Assembly: GCA_965112735.1 (NCBI GenBank)
Contig: OZ218954.1
Span: 1,054,001-1,118,000, forward strand
Direction: 5' to 3'
DNA: 64,000 nucleotides
Origin: Phaeosaccion multiseriatum
Taxonomy: Eukaryota > Protista > Ochrophyta, other classes
How positions within the stretch are numbered: position 1 is the stretch's first letter; every line of letters starts with the position of its first letter. The notes under the pieces are model-generated. The model made no database searches. It was given only the letters and a program-made list of their open reading frames with translations, and had not been told where the DNA came from. Of this stretch, positions 53,278-64,000 are shown piece by piece. The translations under genes were made by a program, and so were the position numbers.

Positions 53278-54357
53278 GCAGCGGGGGGCTCTTCGGGTAG
53301 AAACCCCAACAACACCACCACCCCCTTCGCGGGAGGGGCTGGTGCCGACGGTGGCGCCGGTGGTCTGAACGCTTGCCGCTATGGGCGGGGTTGCACGCAC
53401 ATTAGCGACGCGCTCCACCGGGCTCGCTTCTGGCACCCTCCTCTCTATCAGGGGGTGGGTGCCGCTGCCTCCGTCACGACATCATTGGCGGGGGGGGCAG
53501 GTGCGGGAGGGGAGGATGCGATGGCAGCAGCTGTGGTGGACACTCGGGCACGTAAGTAGTGAGTGGGGGGGGGGGACGGGGGGCAGGGTAAGTAGTGAGT
53601 GAGTGGGGGGATGGCAGTGGATGGGGGAGGGGAAGGTTGCGAGGGTGAGTGCGGTTACGCAAGGATTATTTGTTTTGAGTGTGGGCCGTGTGTGTGCCGC
53701 TGTGGGGAGAGAGGGAGATGGAACCCGCGAGACAAAGAGACTCACCCAGACAGACCGAATGATAGACAAGGAGGAGAGAGAGCAAGTCGCCCCGAACCCC
53801 CTCTTATGTAGTCTTATGTATGATGTTCTGGTCTTGTCTCCCCTTCCTTCCCCTACCCACTCATAACGGCTCACACATGGTCTCGCACTGTATGCCCCAC
53901 CGCCTCTTATGTAGTCTTACGTAGTCTTTTTTCTCCCCCTCCTTCCCCTACCCACTCGTAACGGCTCACACATGGTCTCGCACTGTATGCCCCACCGCCT
54001 CTTCCATCACGCCTCCCTCCCATTTCCCTCCTCTTCCATCCTCCGACTCGTCCTCTGTGTGTGTTTGTGCGCGTATCTCCTCTTCCCTCTCTCCTCTTAT
54101 ATCCTCCGACTCGACTCTCTCTCTCTCTGTGTGTATCTCCTCCTCCCTCTCTCCTCTCTCTCCTCTCTCTCTCCCCCTCTCCCCTCTCTCCCTCCCTGCC
54201 TCCCTCCCTCCCTCTGTATCACCAACTCCCTCAGTGGCTGGCTATGTGTGCAATGAGTGCGGTATCGTGTTCGAGGACGTGTCGGAGCTGCAGCTGCATA
54301 TGAAGGTAGGGTGAGGGTGAGGGTGAGGGTGAGGATGAGGGTGAGGATGAGGGTGAG

Positions 54358-54390
<33 letters not shown>

Positions 54391-56959
54391 GGGATGAGGG
54401 TGAGGTGAGGGTGAGGGTGGGCGGGGTGGGTGGATGGGGCGGTGCGGCCATGTTGCTGTGTCGTATTCCCTTGTGTGTGTGTGTGTGTGTGTGTTTGTTC
54501 ATCCCCCTCTCTGCTCCTCTCCATATTCTTGCTGCTCCTTCCCCCCCCCATCTCTCCTCCTCTCTCTTTCTCTCCCTCTTTCTCTCCCTCTCTCTCTTCC
54601 CCTCTCTCCTCCTCCTCTCTCTCTCTCTCTTCTCTTCCTCTCTCCCATATACTCCTTACATGCGTGTGTTCCGTCTCATACCATACCCCCCCCCTGTCTT
54701 GACGCTAACACCCCCTTCACATTTATGTGTATGTTTGTGTTACTTAACACATTGTACTTCCTTACGTACTCTCAGCGTAAGAGCGCGTGGAGCAACTCCA
54801 GTCTGGTGGGCTGCCGAGTGAGCTGCCTCGTTGATGATCGCGAGTGGCAGGAGTGCACGGTACTGCAGCACCACAGAAACGGTGAGTCAGCCGCCTCCCC
54901 CCCTCTCTCTCCCTCTCTTTTCTCTGTCTCTCTTTCTCGCTCTCTCTTCTCTTTCTCTCTGTCTCCTCTCTCTTCTCTCTCTGTCCCCTCTCTCTTCTCT
55001 CTCTGTCTCGTTCTGTCTGGCTCCAAGTTTCGTGGCTGTGCGTGTGTATGTGTGTTCATGCCTGTATGTGTGTGTGAATATACGTTATAATAATACTTAG
55101 TAATACATACATGTGGAAGGGAACGAGAGAGCGGCCGTCCTCAACTGATTCTTGTCGTGGCTTCTGTCGTTGTTGCGTTGTTGCGTTGTAACCGTCCGTC
55201 TCAGGCAAGCACTGCCTGCAGTTCCGCAGCACGGGCGAGAAGGTGTGGATGGCAATGACCACTGCGGCTTTCTACATCATCGAGCGGAACCAGCACAACA
55301 AGTGAGTCAGTCAGTCAGCCAGTCAGTCAGTCAGTCAGTCCGTCAATCAGTGAGTGGGTCAGTCACCCAGTCAGTCAGTGAGTCAGTCAATCAGTCAATC
55401 AGTCAGCGAGGATAGTGTCATTCAGACAAGGCAAGAAACTTACACTTTTAAGTCTGTAAGTCAAAAATTCCCTGAGCCAGGGAGTACGTCCGTGGTTCTC
55501 CCCTCCCCCCCTGCCTACCGAACACCCAACTCCAACTCAAACTCAAACACAAAGCGCATCATCCCCTCCTCTCCCGCCCCCTCCCCCCCCGTCCCCTCGT
55601 CCCACCCGCTCCCCCCTCCTCCTCCTCCTCCCCCCCAAACCACAGCTCACAGCAGGAGTGCAAAGAAGTCGTCAACGACCCTACCGACAACCTCGCGCCC
55701 ATTGAGGAGTGGACTTTCTGTGAGGAAATATCCCGCGCCTTTGTCATTGCCCAGTCCCTTCTGCACAGGGCTTTTGGTGACAAGGTGCAAGAGACGGGTC
55801 ACAAGACTGCAGGCCATGTGTGTGTCACGGAGAAGGACCGCGATGCAGCCAAGGTGAGGCCCCGAGACTCGTCACCCCGCACCCCCACCCCCACCCCCCC
55901 CCTCCCCCCGGGCCCCCGAAGGAATCATCACGTCCGCCCCCCACTCCTAACCCCCCCCCCCCCCCCCCCCCATTGGATAGGTGTCACCCTCCCATCAACA
56001 CCCACCCACCCACCTATTGGCTTAGTACTCACTCCACCCCCACCCATTGACATATTACGCCCACCCCCTCCCCCCCCCTTGACCCCCCACCTCCCACTCA
56101 ACACATCGTCACCCCCCCCCCCCCTACCCCTCCCAAACGACAAGGAGGTGAAGGGGAGCCTGTTGTATGGGGAGCTCCTGCCCAGAGGAGTCAACAAGGC
56201 GCTTCAAGCCTCTCACCTCAACGGCGCCAAGGCCAAGACGGTACGCGGAGCGACGTGGGGGTGTGGGGGTGTTTGATTGACTTACTCGTCTTGTCTGCCT
56301 CCCTCTCTTTCTCCCCGTCTGTCTCCCTCCCATTGACATATTACGCCCCCTCCCTACCCCTGAGGGTTGATTTGACTTGACTTGTCTGCCCCTCTCTCTC
56401 TCTCTGTCCGGTTGTCTCCCTCCCTCACTCACTCCCTTTGGCCTTTGTTGGGCTTGACACCACACCCTCCCATGTCCTCTCTTGTGTGTTGCACAAGAAC
56501 ACCAACACCAGCCAACACCTCCTCGTATCGTATACATGCCCCTCTCTATCCACCCTCCCTGCTATTCTCTCTCTCTCTCTCTCTCTCTCTATTATATCAA
56601 TGGGTTCTCCACTCACACTCCTACCACCCCACACCCCTGCCCTGTCCACCCTGTCGTCTCTACGTACCACACCAATTGCTTGTATACGCTCCCTCATGAC
56701 TCTCACAAATACTGAATGGTGCGCAACCAAAAAAAGGTGTACGACCTCGGGATGGGCACTGGCAAGGTGGCCATGCAGGTGTTCCTCCAACTCAGCACAG
56801 TGGAGAGGGTCTATGGGGTGGAGCTGTCGAGGGCGCGCTACCTGATAGGGGAGGAGGTACGTGGGGTGGGTGGGGCGACAAGGGGGGGGGGGTGAAGGAG
56901 GGAGGGGAAGGAGTAGTGGTGTCCAGCGGTGGCATCATCACTTCGCCCCTGTCCCATCC

Positions 56960-56993
<34 letters not shown>

Positions 56994-59023
56994 CGTTCTG
57001 TCTTCCTCTCTCTCTATCTCCCGTCTCTCTCTGTCTCTCACTTCCCATCTCTCTTTCTCTTTCTCTCGCTCCCCCCTCTCTCTCCCTCCCTCTTTCCTCC
57101 TCTCTCTCCCCTGCCTCCCTCTCCCTCTCCCTCCCTCCCTCTCCCTCTCCCCCCCTCCCTCTCTTCCTCTCTCTCCCTTACACCCTCCGTCCCTCCCTCT
57201 CTCCCTCCCTCTAGGCTGTGTTTAACCTCATGCGGCTGTTGCCCGACGCCTTCGAGCTTGTGAGGCACGTGCCCAACTCGTTCATCTCGATTGGCACGCG
57301 CACCCGGCCGGTGAGTAAGGGGCAGTCAAGGCATGGAAGGAACGGAGGCAAGCACAGTCAGTGATGGGAGTAAAAGTAATAGTGAAGGCGAGGCAGAGTG
57401 AGGGCAGTGAGGGAAGGAAGGGCAATCGGTGATGTGAGGCACACTCAAACCAACCTCCTGGTCCCGTCCTTGCTTGCCCTAGCCCTCACCCCAACCCGCC
57501 CACCCTCCCCTCGACCTGCTGCCTGCCCGCATATAGCGGCGCTTGCTCGAGATGGAGTGTGGTAACCTCTTTGCTGTGCAGGACCTGAGCGATGCTGACG
57601 TGGTGCTGCTGGAGACGGACGTGCCTGTCTCTCTACATCACGGCCTGTCCTCTCTGCTCGGCACCATGAGTCGGTCGAGTCGGGCGCTGACCTACCTAGA
57701 CCTCAGAAAGGTGTGTGTGTATATATTTTTTGTGTATGACTTACCTTGACCTCAGAAATGTATATGTATGTATTTGTAATTGTGTATGAAAGGTGTATGT
57801 ATGTGTCTCGATGTATGTTTGGATGCAGCACGCAGGCATGTGTGTATGTGTGTATGTAGTGTATGTAGTGTATGTAAGGATGGATGTATGTATGTATGTA
57901 TGTATGTATGTATGTGTGTATGTGTGTATGCATGCATGCATGTATGTATGTGTGTGTATGTATGCATGTATGTGTGCGTGTCACCTAGGACACGTTGACT
58001 TACTCACCGACTCACTCACCGACTCACTCACTCCCTCCTTCACGTTGTGACGAACCCCGGCCCTCATACTATCACGCGACGCAACACACAGACTTGGCTG
58101 GGCACACCGCTGCCGTTTAAACAGATGGCAGTCAACACCCCCATGAGCGATAGGTTTCCGACGTCGTGGTCTGTCCATCGGGGGCACCACTTTTTCCTCT
58201 GGGAGAAGGCGCTTCGGTCTGTGGAAAACCCAGACTCTTATTGTGTAACGGGCAAGGGGAGTAGCAGTGGCGGCGGTGGTCCTCTTGGTGGGAGTGGTGC
58301 GAGCAGTAATGGGACTTCGGCTCTGACATCAGGCTCGATGAGCTCTCAGAGTAGCGGGGTTGGGGGGATTGGTGGGAGTAGTGGCAGCAGCAGCAGTGGT
58401 GGCGCAGCAGCAGCAGCAGCAGCAGCAGGAGCAGCAGCAGCAGCAGGAGGAGGAGGAGGTGATGCCAGTGCGGCTGGAGCAGGAGGAGGAGGGGGGGCAG
58501 GAGGCGGGGAAGGAGCAGGAATAGGGGCTGGGAACCTCCTGGGTGTGGCCAACAGGCCCCGAAATCGAGGTTTCAGCTTTGGTGGCTCGGGCAGTCATGT
58601 CGAAAAGGGGAGTATGTTTTTAAGCTCAAGCAGCGGAGGAAAGATCATCCCAGGTCGGAAACCCTCGTCGCCATACGCTGTAGTGGAGGGTAACGGCGTC
58701 GAGACGGGTGGAGGAGGGGACACCAGGTGTCAGGACAGAGGAAGGGGCAGCGACACAGGAGGAGGAGGAGGAGGAGGAGGAGGAGGAGGAGGAGGAGGAG
58801 GAGGAGGAGACCACAAGTCGATGTCGTTTTGCCAACAACGCGGGGTGGCCGCAGCAAGAGGAGGAGGAGGAGGAGGAGGAGGGGAGCGTCAACCCTCGGG
58901 GTTTTCGCGATGGACTGGGCGTTTCTTCTCGTGCTTCGGCTTCAGCAATCAGGCAGTGTTGGATGGTGGAAGGAGCAGAGGAGGAGGAGGGCTGGGGAAG
59001 TCGGGGTCTGGATCTACGCATTC

Positions 59024-59067
<44 letters not shown>

Positions 59068-59555
59068 TGGTGATACAGCAGCAGCAGCAGGAGAAGTCAG
59101 TTTCTGCTCAAGGGCAAGGTCAGGTGGGAGAGAATTCTCAGCGGGGCCCACGTGGCACTAGTGTTGTTGCAGCTGGGCCCGGGGGGTTATCGTCGTCTGC
59201 TCACGGACAGAGTAGTCAAGGTGGGAAGCAAGGGCAGGAGCGATCCCCGAAGGAGGCGAAGGAGTCCAGGGACCAGCGGGGTGTAAACAGCTACAGCACC
59301 AGGGGTGGGCGGCCCTTTGAGAAGCGTCTGCAGAGGAGGAGCAGCAACTGGAGTGGTAGCGGGAGTACCCCTCAACTGAGCACGAGCAACAGCGACGACA
59401 ACAAGCGGAAAAAGGCCAAAGCCAAGCTAGATGCGAGGCAGCCGATGGCAGCAGAGGGGTCGCTAGGAGGAGGAGGAAGAGGAGGAGGAGGTGCAACAGT
59501 TGGTGATACAGCATCATCTTGTACGCCCCCAAAGCGGCTCACCTCCGTCTCTTGA
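53029..59555 (+). CDS. DOT1-family (H3K79-type) class I methyltransferase with N-terminal PBZ finger, C2H2 finger and Tudor-like domain
   Basis: Exons 53029-53551, 54235-54305, 54776-54881, 55205-55301, 55646-55853, 56145-56240, 56737-56856, 57215-57310, 57537-57710, 58092-59555. DOT1 hallmarks: LLYGELLP, VYDLGMGTGKVAMQ, GVELSRARY, DLSDADVVL, PTSWS. A probable 5'UTR intron lies at 52682-53013. Confidence 0.8.
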
Positions 59556-60454
59556 CACGGATGACACGCACACACGCGTACTGCGTACGTAAGTTCCTTA
59601 CCCAAAGCGTTATATATTGTTATCTAACGTTTGGGAGGGGCTTTTACTTGGTTGGGCAGGTAACACTCACGCGGCCCTTCGGCCCTCCCACCATCTTCCA
59701 TTCCTCTTTGCCATAAGGAGAGAGGGACAGACACGCTGACATGCTTCGCGTGTGCTTGGGAGGGAGGGGAGGGCGGGATGGGGTGAGGAAACACAAGTCA
59801 ACAAATGCAACCATCTCGTCTCAAGCCCACATATGCGCACCCACGCACGCACCCACCAACCCACGCCAGAGTTTGTTATATATACCCCTCCTGTGTGCAA
59901 CTCTACGGCGACGGAAGGGAGTGGAGGCAGAGGGGCAGCAGTTGGTTCTCCAAGACTGGAATCGATGCGCAACATGTATTTTGTAATTTACTATATAGTG
60001 TAGTCAGCGGGATAGATGCGTTAGAGAGAAGATACAAAATAGTGAGAATGAAAAAGAAGGAACAATTTTTTAACACTCGATTTGCGTAAGAATCGCCCAG
60101 GAAGCGCTAAGCGCTATAGCTCTTCGTGTAGCTCTTTGAGATGCCTACCGATACACAGTCTCTCGTCGTCTTTCCACACTTCCTTCCTTCCCTACTTGTC
60201 AGCATTTCCGCAGGAGCACTCCCCCTTGCCGCTCGACCCCCAAAAAACGGGCGATTTGGGCGATTCTTACGCAAATCGAGTGTTCATCAATCAATCAATC
60301 AATCAGCAAATCCATTTGATTGAGGAAGGGTGCTTCAAGAGGGGAGGGAGGGCCTTCCTTCCTTCCTTCCTTCCTTCCTTCCTTCCTTCCTTCCTTCCTT
60401 CCTTCCTCTCCCTCGCCCATCCGCATTCGGAGACTGAAACCTCCTCTCAAGTCC

Positions 60455-60949
60455 TCAAACTTGAGGGGTGTGCTCTTTCCCTCTGACCTCCGTTCGCGGC
60501 TTCTTCGCCTGGGGAGCTCCCCCGCCCCCGCTGCCTCTTCCGTCACCCCCTGCTACGTCGCCTCCTTCTACCCCCCCCCCTTCTTCCCCTTCTCCTCCTT
60601 CTCCTCCTCCTCCTCCTCCTCCTCCTCCTCCTCCTCCTCCTCCTCCTCCTCCCCCTCCTCCTCCTCCTCCTCCTCCTCCTCCTCCTCCTCCTCCTCCTCC
60701 TCCTCCTCCTCCTCCTCCTCCTCCTGCTGCTGCTGCTGCTGCTGTTCGCTCGTAGGTGGGGGCGGTGAAACTCAGGCAGAGCATCGCCTTCTTGGGGGCC
60801 ACATCCCTCACGAGTCGCACTTGGACATCAGATGCATTGAGCTCCGGCCCCAGCACGCTGATGGCTCTAAGGAGGGGGAGGGCAGTGGATGGGGATGGGA
60901 GGGGGATGAGAGGGGGGGGGGGGGGTAGGTGGTAGTGGACACGCACACG

Positions 60950-60986
<37 letters not shown>

Positions 60987-61085
60987 CCTCACACCCACCC
61001 ACCTCAACCCCAACCGTAGAACATACGCATACGCACCACGTACACACATACACACACACAAACAACACGCTCACACAAACGGACA

Positions 61086-61119
<34 letters not shown>

Positions 61120-61142
61120 CAAAAACACACACGCATACACAG

Positions 61143-61188
<46 letters not shown>

Positions 61189-62133
61189 GCACACGCCCAC
61201 GGGGGGGGACAAATCATTAATTCCCTAGTCATTGAATCCACTGACGCTCCTAAGTCATTGAATCCACTGACCCTCCTTACCTCTCCACAGCGTCCGCCCC
61301 GGGGTCCTCGGCCTTACTAAAGCAGTAGCAATGTATGCGAGGGGGGGCTTTGAAGCCCATCCCCTCCCAATCCACCCCTACAAACACATCCAGAAACTCC
61401 AAGGCAGAGGCGGGCAGGTTCATAATCACATGGTGGAAGGGCTGTACAACCAACTGCTCTGGCTTGGACCCATCTTGTTGTCGTTGTTGTTGCTGCTGGG
61501 GGGGAGGGGAGGCAGCAGCAGCAGCAGCAGCAGCACTCGAGGGGAGAAGGCTGGCTGCATTGGCTGTGTCTGTAGCTGCATTGGCTGTGTCTGTAGCTGC
61601 TGCTGTGTCTGTGAGGGACTTGAGCAGCTTGCGCACAAAGTCCCGTCCACACATGTTATGGGCCTGGCAATAGCATGGGCAGCAGTTGGTGATACAGCAC
61701 ATAAATGAACATTGGCAGCTCATGAGACAACAGCACGTCAAGAAGGAGACGAAGGGGGCTGTCTGTGTGTGCGTCCTTCCTTCCCTCCCTCCCTCCCTCC
61801 CTCCCTCCTTCCTTCCTCCTTATATCACCAACTCCCTCACCTGTAGCTTGTCGCCACACCTGTTGGCGATGGCGTTGTCGACAAGATACTTGTGTGACTC
61901 CGGGTTGAGATCGTTGCCGTACACGGTGTAGCCGCGCTTGGCCAAAGGAACGGCAAATGGCCCGATGCCTGCCATCATGTCACACACCACAATCTGGATA
62001 GAGGAATATCGACATATGGATAGAGGCATACGGACAGACACACAGACAGACAGACAGACAGACAGGACAGGACAGGAAAAGATAGATAGACGGAGAGATA
62101 GAAAAGATATAGAGACAAACAGACAGATAGGAT

Positions 62134-62175
<42 letters not shown>

Positions 62176-62198
62176 AGAAACAGAGAAACAAAAAGACA

Positions 62199-62236
<38 letters not shown>

Positions 62237-64000
62237 ATATGAAGCGCACACAGACATACACACACATGAGAAGGACAGGAGGTGAGCACTTTGCCAACTT
62301 TGTCTCTACTTCATTCAATGTTCATACTCATACGTAAGACACAAAAATATTACGTAACACGTTTTAAGTACCTCGCTGGCAGGTCCGCTCCGACAGATTT
62401 GGTCGATGAGGCGTCCGTGCTCCGTGACCAGACGGCTGTTCCAATACACTTGCGCAAAGTCAAACTTGAACACACAACCCCCCTCCTTCACCTGCGCACA
62501 CACAGAGAGACACAGACACACGCACACACACACAGAGAACACACACACACACACAGGGGGACACAGACACAGACACAGGCACACACCCACACACACCCAC
62601 ACACACCACACACACAGACACCCACACACACCACACACACAGACACCCACACACACCACACACGGGACAGGCAAGTATTTGTCAGTCACGATGTCACTGA
62701 TACATGTTCCATCTTTCTGTGAACTGACACTCAAACTGGACCGGTCAAACTGCAACTGGAACTGACCGACCTGCACCACCGTGTCCACGGCTCCGGCGAG
62801 CACCTCCATTGGGAAGGTGCGGAACTGATTATGGATCTCGCCCGTCTGGAGTGAGTGAGTGAGTGAGGGGGTGAGTGAGTGAGTGAGTGAGTGAGGGAGT
62901 GAGTGAGGGAGTGAGTGAGTGCTTAGACAGTACCAGGCATGCTTCTGCCAGGAGTATCGTCCCTTCACCGCCGAACCGTACCTTGTTGACCACGGTCCTG
63001 ACACTCTTGTTCTTGTCCAGTACGACTTGGCCGATGAGGAACCGGTAGGGCAACAAGTGCTCCCTGCGGTAGGCAGGCATATGGGCAGGCATATGGGCAG
63101 AAATAAGAAGCTGCAAACTTCAAACCTACCTCTCCCAGTCTGTCACCCACGCCCACACGCACGCACACACACACACACCTGAGGTTCATGTGTGCAAGAT
63201 GACCGACGGTTTCGAAGGAGGTGATGATGTCCTGCTCCCCTTGAATGAGGGGCGTCAGCAGCTGCTTCAGCACCTCCTCTGTGGACCGATCTTCATAGCT
63301 CCTGGTGACAGTGAAGGTCGTCACTTCAGCCACACCTCCCCCCCCGCCCCCACCCTCTAGCTGCAGCCGAGTCCGGATGATTGCCTGGGCTTCCTCTGAG
63401 AGGCCCTCAAGGGAGACAGGGTCCACTCCTTCCTTGAGCAACAGTAGACGCATGTCCTCCTCTCCTTCCACCTTCTCTACGTTGCGACGTCTCGGCAAGC
63501 TCAGGAGCTCTTTCCTGAGCACCTTCATGAGCGCACTCGTTTCTCCCTTGGGGATCTTCAGAGCCGCCACTTGAATCGTTCGCGTGAACGCGGCCTTGTC
63601 TAGCACCGTCATAGAGGGGGTAGCAGCGAGGCTCTTGTTGTTGTTGTTGTCCACCGTGTTAGGAGTACCTCCTTCGTCAGCCCTTCCTCCCCCCCCTCCT
63701 TCTCCTTCTTCTCCTTTCCCTTCCTGCATGGCTGCTTGAGCTGCGGCTCCTGCTGATGACGGTAACGAGGACGACCAACCTCGGGTAGATGATGACGATA
63801 GTATCCCTGTCCTGGCGTTCACTAGGCTATATGCACCGCCCCCACTGCGCAGAGTTCGCGGCAGAGTAGCAGTGCCAAGTTGCTCAGCCCGGACGTTGCC
63901 TCTCCAGGTGTAGCCCAAGCTGATCCCTAGCCGGCACCACTCCCTCGGCGGCTGCTCTGGTCTTGCTCGCTTCCTGGCCCTTCGTGCTTGCGTCCACCTT
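60455..64000 (-). CDS. TRM5: tRNA (guanine(37)-N1)-methyltransferase; 5' end open at the window edge
   Basis: Exons >64000-63179, 63063-62982, 62845-62771, 62491-62372, 61993-61841, 61663-61281, 60866-60455. Motifs [88 protein letters not shown]. Confidence 0.95.

Overview
Intron-rich eukaryotic nuclear DNA, most likely from a flagellated ochrophyte stramenopile. Evidence: a CFAP47 gene, and a bipartite signal peptide + ASA-F plastid presequence on one gene. The GGAG-rich introns hint at a eustigmatophyte, but that is only a guess. Manual splicing resolves eight protein genes: CFAP47 (+, 5'-truncated, 44 exons, 127-26607); a plastid NAD(P)-binding atypical SDR (-); a HAD-like conserved unknown (+); a TOM1/GPR137-like 7TM protein (-); a TFIIIC subunit 6-like protein (+); a TM-PDZ-PH-PH protein (-); a PBZ-C2H2-Tudor-DOT1 methyltransferase (+); and TRM5 (-, 5'-truncated). 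Most ORFs in the supplied track are microsatellite artefacts. The most unusual signal is a shared vocabulary of short DNA words (GTTGGTGATACAG, GGGTGTCAGGACAGA, CAGTGGATGG, GTAAGTCAATGGG, GGCATATGGG, GAGTTT, plus simple repeats). Their G-rich strand sits after 5' splice sites and their reverse complement sits before 3' splice sites, in genes on both strands. Two of the words form the splice sites themselves as near-perfect inverted termini, and several also occur inside exons in different reading frames. Exon boundaries were read by eye and may be off by a base or two.
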